64,000 bases of DNA, taken from assembly GCA_963665775.2 (NCBI GenBank), contig CAXXTF010000002.1:736001-800000 (forward strand), read 5' to 3'. This DNA comes from Dehalococcoidia bacterium (GTDB lineage Bacteria > Chloroflexota > Dehalococcoidia > SM23-28-2 > RBG-16-64-32). Positions 51,889-60,835 of this stretch are shown here, piece after piece. Below the pieces are notes generated by a model. It saw nothing but the letters and a program-made list of their open reading frames with translations. It was not told the DNA's origin and did no database searches. Position 1 is the stretch's first letter. Each line of letters starts with the position of its first letter. Position numbers and translations under genes: made by a program.

Positions 51889-52863
51889 ATGCTTACCACC
51901 GTTGTCGGCAACTACCCCAAGATCCCCAACCGCCCGCGACCGGCCCGCTTGCGCCAGGCCATCGCCCGGCTGGACCGAGGTGAGATCACGCCCGAACAGC
52001 TGGCCCAGGTCGCTGACGAGGTCACCATCGACGTGATCCAGGAGCAGGTAGAGGCGGGAGTCGACCTCATCTCCGACGGCCAGATCCGCTGGGATGATGA
52101 CCAGACGTACCTCATGAGGCGGCTGGCCGGCGTGAAGATCGGCGGCCTTATCCGCTACTTCGACACCAATACCTACTACCGGCAGCCGGAGGTAGTGGGG
52201 CCCCTCTCCTGGCAGGAGCCCACCCTAGTGCGCGACTACGAGTTCGCCTCCCAGCACAGCCCCAAGCCGGTGAAGGCGATCCTCACCGGACCGTTCACCC
52301 TGGCCGCCCTGTCGATGAACAGGCACTACAGCAGCCTCCGTGAGCTGGTCCTGGCCCTCGCATCCACACTCCGTAACGAGATGCTGGCCCTGGCCCAGGC
52401 CGGAGCGCCCCTCATCCAGATCAACGAGCCGGCCATCGTCCGACACAAGGAGGACATAGCTCTGCTGACAGAGGCCATAGGTCGGCTAGTGGAAGGTGTT
52501 CAGGCGGAAACCGCCCTCTACACCTGGTTCGGCGATGTGAACGGCATCCTGCCACCCCTCCTCGACCTCCCCGTCGACACCATCGGCCTGGACTTCGTCG
52601 GCGGGCCGGACAACTGGGCCGCCCTGCAGCAGGTGCGGTTCGAGAAGAAGCTGGGGTTCGGCATCATCGACGCCCGCAATACGAAGCTGGAGTCCCTGGA
52701 TCAGATCGAGGGTGCGATCCGCCGCGTGACCGCGTTCGTGCCGGCCGAGCGGCTGTACGTGAACCCATCCTGCGGGCTCGAGTACCTGCCGCGAGAGGCG
52801 GCCCGGGAGAAACTGAAGAGGATGGCCGACGGCGTTCACCGCGCTCAAGGGGTCGCGGTCTAG
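51889..52863 (+). CDS. MetE-family single barrel lacking the HxC Zn ligands (split MetE, non-catalytic half)
   Basis: TTVVGNYP, DGQIRWDD, RYFDTNTYYRQP, TGPFTL, NPSCGL; YTW where HxC is expected. Confidence 0.8.
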   Translation: MLTTVVGNYPKIPNRPRPARLRQAIARLDRGEITPEQLAQVADEVTIDVIQEQVEAGVDLISDGQIRWDDDQTYLMRRLAGVKIGGLIRYFDTNTYYRQPEVVGPLSWQEPTLVRDYEFASQHSPKPVKAILTGPFTLAALSMNRHYSSLRELVLALASTLRNEMLALAQAGAPLIQINEPAIVRHKEDIALLTEAIGRLVEGVQAETALYTWFGDVNGILPPLLDLPVDTIGLDFVGGPDNWAALQQVRFEKKLGFGIIDARNTKLESLDQIEGAIRRVTAFVPAERLYVNPSCGLEYLPREAAREKLKRMADGVHRAQGVAV

Positions 52864-52908
52864 CGCCTGATGACAGAGTTCCGCGTCCTATGAAGCCGAT
52901 AAGAGACC

Positions 52909-53034
52909 CCCTTCGAAAGGTTCAGGGCGGACCTCGCTGTCCGGACGGGCCCGTCCGGGCGCCCGGAGTGACAGTGCGGCCCGCAGTCATTCTGGCCCCT
53001 TCAGGCCCTGTCATTCTGGGCGCAGCGAAGAATC
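52909..53034. repeat. Cluster of palindromic repeats between the metE halves
   Basis: CCCTTCGAAAGGTTCAGGGCG; perfect palindrome CCGGACGGGCCCGTCCGG; GTCATTCTGG twice 24 bp apart; GTCATTCTGGGCGCAGCGAAGAATC. Confidence 0.7.
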
Positions 53035-53085
53035 CCGGTTCCCGCCCGAACTACGACGGCTCTATTCACTAGCATCGGAGGCGAG

Positions 53086-54078
53086 ATGCCAGGCTTGCTG
53101 ACCACCGCCGTCGGGAGCTACCCCCGGCCCGACTACTTGACCCGGGCCCGCAACCAATTCTCCCAGGGCAAGTTAAGCCGCGAGGAACTCCAGAAGCTGG
53201 AGCGGCAGGCGACCGAGCACTGGATTCGCGCTCAAGAGCGGGCTGGCCTCGACATCCTGGTACACGGCGAGATGGAGCGGGGCGACATGGTCGCCTACTT
53301 CGCCGGCGAGCTCGGCGTCAGCCTCCTCGACGGCATGCGGCTCGGCGGCCTCGTTCGCTCTTACGGCAACCGCTACTACCACAAGCCGATCATCGCTGAC
53401 AAGCTCCGCTGGCCGGGGCCCATGACCGTCGACATGTGGCGCTTCGCCCAGGGGCTGACGGAAAAGCCGGTGAAGGGGATGCTCACCGGCCCCTACACCA
53501 TGGTGGACTGGTCCTTCGACGAGCACTACCCTTCGCGACGGGAGGCCGTCCTGGACATGGCCCTGGTCATCCGCCGCGAGGCGGAGGAGCTGGTGAAGGC
53601 GGGCGCCCGCTACGTCCAGGTGGACGAGCCCGCCGCCTCCACCCGGCCCGATGAGATGGGGCTGGTCTCGGAAGGGCTCGGCGTTGTGACCAAGGGCCTC
53701 GGCGCCAGGACCATCACCCACATCTGCTACGGCGACTTCCAGACCGTCTTCGACCAGCTCATAGACCTCCCGGTAGACCAGATCGACCTGGAGATGACCA
53801 ACAGCGACTTCGACCTGCTGGAGTTGGTCCGCCGGCACAAGGGCGAGTTCCGTAAAGAGCTGGCCATGGGCGTCGTCGACGTCCACTCCCACGTCATCGA
53901 GAACGTAGAGCAGGTGAAGGCCAGCATCGTGAAGGGGCTGGCCGTGCTGCCGCCCGAGCGGCTCTACATCGACCCCGACTGCGGCCTCAAGACCCGCACC
54001 CCGGAGGAGGCCGAGGCCAAGCTCCGGGTCATGGTGGAGGCCGTCCGCCAGGTCAAGCGCGAGCTGGCGATAGAGTGA
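53086..54078 (+). CDS. metE: Cobalamin-independent methionine synthase catalytic barrel
   Basis: TTAVGSYP, HGEMERGDMV, KGMLTGPYT, HICYG, PDCGLKT. Confidence 0.88.
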   Translation: MPGLLTTAVGSYPRPDYLTRARNQFSQGKLSREELQKLERQATEHWIRAQERAGLDILVHGEMERGDMVAYFAGELGVSLLDGMRLGGLVRSYGNRYYHKPIIADKLRWPGPMTVDMWRFAQGLTEKPVKGMLTGPYTMVDWSFDEHYPSRREAVLDMALVIRREAEELVKAGARYVQVDEPAASTRPDEMGLVSEGLGVVTKGLGARTITHICYGDFQTVFDQLIDLPVDQIDLEMTNSDFDLLELVRRHKGEFRKELAMGVVDVHSHVIENVEQVKASIVKGLAVLPPERLYIDPDCGLKTRTPEEAEAKLRVMVEAVRQVKRELAIE

Positions 54079-54106
54079 GCGCTGCCGAAGCCAGTAAGCC
54101 CACGCG

Positions 54107-54136
54107 TTGACCGCCCGCCCCGTCGCCTGATAGAAT
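54107..54136 (+). promoter_or_regulatory. Sigma70-type promoter
   Basis: TTGACC-18 bp-TAGAAT with extended TG. Confidence 0.55.
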
Positions 54137-54210
54137 CGCCCTCGGAGTTCACGCGCACCTGAAAGTCGGACGAGGGCCATCCCACGGCCCTCGCTCTGTG
54201 TGAGGCACGG

Positions 54211-55728
54211 ATGGCGGGACAGGAAATCGAAGCTCCCACCGAGGGCGGGACCGCAACCCCCTCCACAAGTCCAGGGCAAGCCCTGGACTACATCTTCCAC
54301 CCCCGCTCTGTGGCCGTCGTCGGCGCCTCGCGCGCTCAGCCGGGCGGCCCCGCCACTAACTTCGTAGTGACCCTCAAGAAGATGGGCTGCCCCCTCATCT
54401 ACCCCGTCAACCCCAAATACCAGGAGCTCGACGGCCTCAAATGCTACCCCAGCCTCCAGAAGATCGAGGGTCCGGTAGACCACGTCATCTCCAGCGTGCC
54501 CGCTCACATCGTCCCCCAGCTCGTGGAGGACTCCATCGCCAAAGGGGTGAAGACCATCCATCTCTTCACCGCCGGCTTCAGCGAGACGGGCGAAGACGAG
54601 CGCGCGGCGCTGGAATCGCGGCTAGTCGCTCGCGCCAAAGAGGCGGGAATCCGGATCCTGGGACCCAATTGCATGGGCCTATACGTGCCCCAGTCGGGGC
54701 TCTCCTTCACCCTCGGTTTCCCCAAAGAGCCTGGCTCCGTCGGCCTCATTTCCCAGAGCGGTGGCAACGCCAGCGAAACGGTGATCAGCTCCGCCGTACG
54801 CGGCATTCGCTACTCCAAGGTGATAAGCTACGGCAACGCCGCCGACATCGATGAGAGCGAGCTGCTGGAGTACCTGGCCTGGGACCCGGAGACGGAGATC
54901 ATCGCCGCCTACATCGAGGGGGTCAGAGGCGGCCGCCGCTTCCTCCCCGCGATGCGCGCGGCGGCCGCGACCAAGCCTCTGCTGGTGCTGAAGGGCGGCC
55001 GCACGGAGACCGGCGCCCGCGCCGCCTACTCCCATACGGCCAGCCTCGCCGGCTCCATCCAAATATTCGACGCCCTCTGCCGGCAGGTCGGCGCCGTGCG
55101 CGCTGGCAGTGTGGAGGAGCTCGTGGATCTCATCGTGGCCTTCCGTTGCCTGGCCCTGTCCGCCGGCAGCCGCTGGCTCCCGGCGGGGCCCCGGGTGGCG
55201 GTGGTTGGCGCCGGCGGCGGCTCCAGCGTCTTCGCCGCCGATGAGATCGACGAGGCCGGCCTGCGTTGTCCCCCCCTGCCGGAGCGTACCCAGATCAGCC
55301 TAAGAGAGTTAATCCCCGTGGCCGGCACCAGCATTCGCAACCCGGTGGACGCCACATCCATCTCGGAGCCCTCCAACCTCGGGCAGATCATGCGGCTGGC
55401 GGGCCAGGCGGAGAACATAGACCTGGTCATCTATCACCTCAACATCGGCTGGGGCTGGAACCTCTCAGCCCGTAACACTACCGGCGGCGACCCCGACCAA
55501 CGGGCCCACCCGATGATGGACGCGATTCTGCGGGCGCGAGAGGCGATCGCCAAGCCGATAGTGGTAACGATACGCTCGCCCCTGGACGTTAGCGGCATGG
55601 AGCGAGCCCTCGCCTTTCAGGAGAACTGCTGGCGCGCCGACATCCCGGTCTTCCCCTCCCTGCCGCGAGCGGCCAACGCCGTCGCCAAGCTGCTACGCTG
55701 GCAGCAAGGTCGAATGGAGGTCGAGTAG
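54211..55728 (+). CDS. NDP-forming acyl-CoA synthetase alpha-type subunit (CoA-binding)
   Basis: PRSVAVVGAS, YPVNP, GPNCMG, SQSGG, SHTASLAG phospho-His, NPVD; no ATP-grasp domain. Confidence 0.88.
   Translation: MAGQEIEAPTEGGTATPSTSPGQALDYIFHPRSVAVVGASRAQPGGPATNFVVTLKKMGCPLIYPVNPKYQELDGLKCYPSLQKIEGPVDHVISSVPAHIVPQLVEDSIAKGVKTIHLFTAGFSETGEDERAALESRLVARAKEAGIRILGPNCMGLYVPQSGLSFTLGFPKEPGSVGLISQSGGNASETVISSAVRGIRYSKVISYGNAADIDESELLEYLAWDPETEIIAAYIEGVRGGRRFLPAMRAAAATKPLLVLKGGRTETGARAAYSHTASLAGSIQIFDALCRQVGAVRAGSVEELVDLIVAFRCLALSAGSRWLPAGPRVAVVGAGGGSSVFAADEIDEAGLRCPPLPERTQISLRELIPVAGTSIRNPVDATSISEPSNLGQIMRLAGQAENIDLVIYHLNIGWGWNLSARNTTGGDPDQRAHPMMDAILRAREAIAKPIVVTIRSPLDVSGMERALAFQENCWRADIPVFPSLPRAANAVAKLLRWQQGRMEVE
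54258..54284 (+). repeat. Diverged mini-hairpin repeat copy in the CoA-ligase N-terminus
   Basis: CCCCTCCACAAGTCCAGGGCAAGCCCT, encoding PSTSPGQA. Confidence 0.5.
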
Positions 55729-55871
55729 CGGGCAACCGGCCCGGCCGGGTATTGACTGCGCCCTGAACACCGGCAAACTAGTGGTTGGAGGTTGCCTGGC
55801 TAACGCGGGAGGTCCCAAACGTTGGCATCGGACTCTAGGGGGGCATCTCCCCTGAAAGGTGGCCGTTCGCT

Positions 55872-57422
55872 GTGGGCAAGCTAGTGATGCTTCACCTTCC
55901 TCGCCTCGTGGATTCGCGAGCCCTGATCCTGACTGCCACCGTCCTCGCCCTGCTGCTGATGCGGCCATTCAGCGGCAGTCAAGCCGAAGCGGTCGTGACC
56001 AACCCCGGCTTCGAGTCGAACAGCCTCTTCGCCTGGACTACGGGCGCCACCCAGGAGGGCGTGTTCGTCGTGGGCACCGACGTCATCAACGCCGCCGAGG
56101 GGGTCTTCCAGACACCCTTCGAGGGTAACTTCATGGCTCGCCTGGGCAACACCCAGCCCTCGGCCGCCGAGACCCAGCCGCTGGGGCCGAACGAGCTGAT
56201 TCAGGACTTCATCATCGCCGGCCCCAGCGTCAGGCTCGCCTATAACATCTGGACATACGACGTTACCGGCTTCGACAGCTTCTCTGTCGAGCTGCTTCTC
56301 GTCATACCGAACGAGGTAATCTACACCCTTAGCGAGCAGGCCTGGAGCTCCTCCCCCCAGGATACCTCCCGCAAAAGCACCGGCTGGCGAGTCCTCAATA
56401 TCCCCGTCTCAACCCAGCAGCAGGGCCAGTTGGCCCGCCTGACCATCAGATCTGGCGGCACCGTCGATAACCGAAACGCCTTCTGGGCCTACATCGACTC
56501 CGCGGCCGCCGCCCTCCCCCCCACCCTCGTCGACACCTCGGAACTGGAGGTCAACGGCTACCATCCTAGAATCGATCAGGCGAGCGGTAACGTGCATATC
56601 ACCGCCCTGCCGGGCTCCCCGCCAATTCATATCGAGGCGCCCGTACTCTGCCCGGAGGGCGGCACACCCGATCCCGTTACCGCGATCTTGGCGACCCGCC
56701 CTCCCCTCACCGTAGTGCCCTTGCTGAGGGGGATCAACAATCTCTGGGAAGGCGACATCCCCATCCCCTCGGAGGCCGATACCGGAGCCAGCTGGCCCCT
56801 CGCCTTCCTCCTCCTGTGCGACGGCGTAACTGTGCCGGCTACCGTAGGCACCGTCACTTTCGTCGAGCCCAGCGGCCGTGTCACCGACGCCCAGACCGGC
56901 GCCTCAATTCGGGGGGCGACGGTCACCTTACAGCGTCTGGACGGCAGCACTTGGGTCACGGCGAACCCCTTCGCCCTCCTTGCTGGTAGCCCCTCAGTGA
57001 ACCCGCAGGTGAACCCCCAACTCACCGGCGGCGATGGCCGCTTCGGCTGGAACGTCGCCGCCGGCTCCTACCGGGTCATAGCCACCGCAGCCGGCTACCT
57101 TGGCCAGATCAGCGCCCCCGCCACAGCGCCCCCTCTCTCGGACCTCAACGTGGCCCTCGTGCCGCTATCGGCCACTCAAGCCTGGGACGTAGACTGCGAT
57201 GGCGACGTCGACGCTGTCGATTCCCTCAAGCTCCTGCGCCACATCGTGGGCCTCTCGGTGAGCCAGACCGATCCCTGCCCGGAGATCGGCAGCCCCGGCG
57301 CCGCCGTGTTTGGAGATGTGGACTGCGACGGCGACGTAGACGCCGTCGACTCCCTGAAGATGCTGCGAAACATCGTAGGCCTCCTGCTGATCCTGCCCCC
57401 CGGCTGCCCGCCCCTAAACTGA
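55872..57422 (+). CDS. Exported protein with carboxypeptidase-regulatory-like domain and C-terminal dockerin-like duplicated Ca-binding motif
   Basis: Signal-like N-terminus, NPGFE, GRVTDAQTGASIRGATVTL, two copies of DVDCDGDVDAVDSLKxLRxIVGL. Confidence 0.75.
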   Translation: MGKLVMLHLPRLVDSRALILTATVLALLLMRPFSGSQAEAVVTNPGFESNSLFAWTTGATQEGVFVVGTDVINAAEGVFQTPFEGNFMARLGNTQPSAAETQPLGPNELIQDFIIAGPSVRLAYNIWTYDVTGFDSFSVELLLVIPNEVIYTLSEQAWSSSPQDTSRKSTGWRVLNIPVSTQQQGQLARLTIRSGGTVDNRNAFWAYIDSAAAALPPTLVDTSELEVNGYHPRIDQASGNVHITALPGSPPIHIEAPVLCPEGGTPDPVTAILATRPPLTVVPLLRGINNLWEGDIPIPSEADTGASWPLAFLLLCDGVTVPATVGTVTFVEPSGRVTDAQTGASIRGATVTLQRLDGSTWVTANPFALLAGSPSVNPQVNPQLTGGDGRFGWNVAAGSYRVIATAAGYLGQISAPATAPPLSDLNVALVPLSATQAWDVDCDGDVDAVDSLKLLRHIVGLSVSQTDPCPEIGSPGAAVFGDVDCDGDVDAVDSLKMLRNIVGLLLILPPGCPPLN

Positions 57423-57456
57423 TCGCCCCACGACCCGACGGGAGGCGACCCGCAGG

Positions 57457-58536
57457 CTAGCGGCGAGCCCGGATGCGTCTCGCCAAGACGACTGAGCCGC
57501 CCACAAACCCCGCGGCGGCGGAGACTCCTACCACCAGCGCCGCGATCATCCCGGCACTCATGCCGTCGGCGGTTGCCGTCGTCGGCGTCACCGGCCCCTC
57601 TCGCTCATCCGATGAGGCCCCTGCCTCCATTACGGCCGTCGTCGGCGCCGCCGGCCCCTCTCGCCCATCCAATTAGGCTCCTGCCTCCGTTACGGCCGTC
57701 GTCGGCGCCGCCGGCCCCTCCAACCCCTCAGGCGAGGCCGCCGTCGCCAGCGCCTTCGAGATCACGCTATCGAGCCCCTCAGTCGTCGCGAAGTAGTAGG
57801 GCGTACGATCATCGCCCGCGTAACCACCGGACCAAAAGCGCCCCCTACGACCATCGGCCGGAGGAGTGTAGAATCCCAGCACGCCGCCGTAGCCGGTGCC
57901 GTTCACCTTGCCCTTCAAATTGATGGTGAGCGACCGCGACTCGTCCGTCGGCACCCGCGGCGAGCGGCTCACCGTCTCGATCAGCTGGCGCACGAACGCC
58001 TCGGCCTCCGCTCCGCTCAGCACCCCGCCGCCCGGCGATACGGTGTAGGTCATCTCGAACAGGTGCCTCGCCCGGAAGTCGGCGGCGATGGGACCGACTT
58101 CCAGTTGCCCCTTCGCTCCCAAGGCCAGAGCATCTTCGGTGGACGCGTCCAGGAACGCGGCCAATTCCAGCGATAGACTGAACCAGCGACCGGTCGAGCG
58201 CTCATGGATCATCTGGGCCTCAGGATAGTAACGCAGCTTCGGGCCGCCGTTAGCTAGCTGATAAGGCACGCTCAGAGTTCCCCCGGACTGGTACAGATCA
58301 TAGGCCAGGGACGGTAGCGGCTGCGGCGCGTCCACCTCTCGTGCATCAGAGCCCGGCAGCTCTTCTACCCATTCCCCACTCTCCGTGATGCCGTAGAACT
58401 GGTAGGCGTATGCGCCCAGCTCGCCGCCAGCAATGATGTAGCTGGGCGACTTGGCCACCGCGCTTCCGGCAGGCAGCGCCAGCAACGCGACCACCAGAGC
58501 GATCACAAACCGTCGCACGTTCATATTTCCATCCAC
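57457..58536 (-). pseudogene. Exported protein with repeat linker and C-terminal TM anchor, interrupted by in-frame TAA at 57673-57675
   Basis: ORFs 57673..58536 and 57457..57672 are contiguous and in the same frame; signal peptide at the start, TM + RRIRARR at the end. Confidence 0.65.
57575..57721. repeat. 60-bp tandem repeat, about 2.4 copies
   Basis: GCCGTCGTCGGCG..CCGGCCCCTC recurs at 60-bp spacing; encodes EGPAAPTTAVxEAGA. Confidence 0.9.
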
Positions 58537-58598
58537 GAAGCATTATACAGCGCCTGGCCAGCGCCGGTATCGCAGTGTCGGCGGTGAGAACGGCTCTT

Positions 58599-60314
58599 CT
58601 AGCGCCGCCCGAACTCCCGCGCCAGGAGTTCGCCGCTCATGTGGATCATCGTCGGACGGCCGTGTGGGCAGGTGTTCGGCGCCTCCGATCCCTCCAGCTG
58701 ACGCACCAGCTCCCGCATCTCCTCCACCGCCAGCGTCTTGCCGGCGCGCACGGCGCCGTGGCAGGCCAGCGACATCGCCACCCGATCCCGTCGATCCCCC
58801 TCCTCCTCTTCCAGCATCAGCTCCAGGAACTGGAGAACCGTCTGCCCGACATCTGCCGTGGCCAGCGAGCGCGGCAGCGAGCGCAGGAGATAGGCCCCGT
58901 CACCGAAAGGCTCGATCTCGAAGCCGTGCTCGCGCAGGGGCCCACCCTCTTCGGCCAGGAGCGCCCTCTGTCGGGGCGGCACCTCCACCGTCACTGGCTC
59001 CAGCAGCCCCTGCACCTCCGGTGCGCGATCTCGCCGGAGGCGGCAGAAACGCTCGTATAATACCCGCTCGTGGGCGGCATGCTGGTCGATGAGGTACATC
59101 CCGTCGGGCCCCTCCGCCACCACGTACGTCCCGCCGAACTGGCCGATGACCCGCAGCGCCGGCAGCGCCTGCGACGGCGTCGCCGCCGCCCGCTCCCCGC
59201 TCGCGACCCCCGGTTCCAGCCGCTCCTCCTGTCGCTGCCTGGCCCGCCGCCACAGGGGCAGCGTCGAAGCCTCTCCCCCCAGCGCCAGCGGTGACGCCCC
59301 ACCACCCATCGAAGCGCTGGGCACCGGCGACCCCGCCAGCAGGGCCTCCCGCACCACCCGCTGCAGGACAGCGAATATCGCTGACTCATCCCGAAAGCGA
59401 ACCTCAGCCTTCGTTGGGTGCACGTTGACGTCCACCTCCTCGTACGGCAGCCGCAGATCGAGAACGGCGACCGGATGGCGGCCCACCATCAGCAGCCCCT
59501 GGTACGCCTCCTCCACGGCGAAGGTCAGGCGACGGCTCTGCACCCAGCGTCGGTTCACGAACAGACTGACATAGCCGCCCCTGGCGCGGGAGACGTCGGG
59601 AGCGGCCGCCAACCCCTGGACCACGATCGGCCCCTCCCCGGACGAGACCGGGAGCATCGCCGCCGCCATATTCGCCCCGTAGACCGCGGCCACGGCGTCC
59701 GTTAGCTCCCCGCTGCCGGACGTGTTCAGCCCCTGCCGGCCGTCCAGCGATAGGCTGAAGCGCACCTCCGGGTAGGCCAGGGCGTAATGGCTGACCACGC
59801 CGCTCACGGCGTTGCCCTCGCTGCCGGGAGAGCGCAGGAACTTGCGGCGCGCGGGCTGCCGCGCGAAGAGACGGCGTACGCTGACCGACGTGCCCACGGG
59901 GGCGCCGCGGCTGCCCCCCTCCGGCGGCGCTTCCGGCCTCAGGCGCAGGTAGGCAGCGGCCTCCTCCCCTGAAGGCCGCGACACCATCTCCACTTCAGCC
60001 ACGGCGGCGATGCTCGGTAGCGCCTCGCCCCGAAAGCCCAGGGTCAGGATGCGAGAGAGGTCGGGGCTATCGTCCAGCTTGCTGGTGGCGTGGCGGGCGA
60101 AGGCCAGCTCCAGATCGTCCGCCGCGATGCCACAGCCGTCGTCCGTGACCCGGATCGATTCCAGGCCGCCGCCTTTGACCTCCACCGCGATGCGGGAGGC
60201 GCCAGCGTCCAGCGCGTTCTCCACCAGCTCCTTGACCACAGAGGCCGGCCGCTCCACCACCTCACCGGCGGCGATGCGGGCGGCGACCTCGGGCAGCAGT
60301 ACGCGGATAGTCAA
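58599..60314 (-). CDS. mutL: DNA mismatch repair endonuclease MutL
   Basis: IAAGEVVERP, GFRGEAL, DQHAAHERVLYE, ACH, CPHGRP. Confidence 0.97.
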   Translation of the reverse strand: MTIRVLLPEVAARIAAGEVVERPASVVKELVENALDAGASRIAVEVKGGGLESIRVTDDGCGIAADDLELAFARHATSKLDDSPDLSRILTLGFRGEALPSIAAVAEVEMVSRPSGEEAAAYLRLRPEAPPEGGSRGAPVGTSVSVRRLFARQPARRKFLRSPGSEGNAVSGVVSHYALAYPEVRFSLSLDGRQGLNTSGSGELTDAVAAVYGANMAAAMLPVSSGEGPIVVQGLAAAPDVSRARGGYVSLFVNRRWVQSRRLTFAVEEAYQGLLMVGRHPVAVLDLRLPYEEVDVNVHPTKAEVRFRDESAIFAVLQRVVREALLAGSPVPSASMGGGASPLALGGEASTLPLWRRARQRQEERLEPGVASGERAAATPSQALPALRVIGQFGGTYVVAEGPDGMYLIDQHAAHERVLYERFCRLRRDRAPEVQGLLEPVTVEVPPRQRALLAEEGGPLREHGFEIEPFGDGAYLLRSLPRSLATADVGQTVLQFLELMLEEEEGDRRDRVAMSLACHGAVRAGKTLAVEEMRELVRQLEGSEAPNTCPHGRPTMIHMSGELLAREFGRR

Positions 60315-60379
60315 GCGGATGCTCCTGGCAGCGATTGTAGCACAGACGTTCAGACAGGGAAACGATAGCCGGAGTGCGG

Positions 60380-60802
60380 TCAGGCCTTATCTTCCGCCGA
60401 TTCCCGCAGAATCACCACGGGGATATCTCGCTTGCTGCGCCTCGCGTACCCCTCATAGGCGGGGAACATCGCCACAAACCGGGGCCACAGGCGGGCCTTC
60501 TCCTCCGGACCCGCCTCTCGCGCCACCACCGATAACGTCCGGCGCCTCACCCGCACCCTGGCCCGCCGATCGCCCTTCAGGTTCAGCCACCACATGGGAT
60601 GGCGATCGCTGCCGGCATTGGACGCGGCAACCGCCAGGCTTTCGCCATCGGCTACGTACATGAGCGGCTTCGTCCGCGCCCTGCCGCTCCTCCGGCCGGT
60701 CGTGGTCAGAAGGAGGATCGGCGCCTTGCCGTACCTCCCGCCCAGGAACCCCCCACTTAGCCGGTACAGGAAGGCGTGAAGGGCGGGAAAGAGCCTCTGC
60801 AA
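60380..60802 (-). CDS. F420-dependent nitroreductase/quinone reductase (Ddn family)
   Basis: LLLTTTGRRSG..RTKPL, ASNAG..HPMWWLNL, RDIPVVIL. Confidence 0.88.
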   Translation of the reverse strand: MQRLFPALHAFLYRLSGGFLGGRYGKAPILLLTTTGRRSGRARTKPLMYVADGESLAVAASNAGSDRHPMWWLNLKGDRRARVRVRRRTLSVVAREAGPEEKARLWPRFVAMFPAYEGYARRSKRDIPVVILRESAEDKA

Positions 60803-60835
60803 CAGCCGGTTATCGATCGGCGGTGGCCCCCGTGC

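Noticed and set aside
52890-53072. 60-aa ORF between the metE genes
   Set aside because: It is largely a translation of the repeat cluster (PLRKVQG, VILGAAKN); no independent sign of coding.
54076-54092. TGAGCGCTGCCGAAGCC overlapping the metE stop codon, similar to the element core
   Set aside because: Lacks the CCT/AGG outer stem; too short to separate from chance.
55750-55870. Possible c-di-GMP or c-di-AMP riboswitch upstream of the dockerin-like protein (GGCAAAC, GAAAGG)
   Set aside because: The remaining consensus elements and stems could not be placed.
57673-57675. In-frame stop as possible selenocysteine recoding, given selB
   Set aside because: The codon is TAA, not TGA.
57575-57721. 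Regularly spaced repeats as a possible CRISPR array
   Set aside because: Whole 60-bp units repeat with no unique spacers, they are in frame in a gene, and no cas genes are present.
57717-57738. SPEGLEG-coding stretch resembling a repeat variant
   Set aside because: Too many mismatches in the core to count as a copy.
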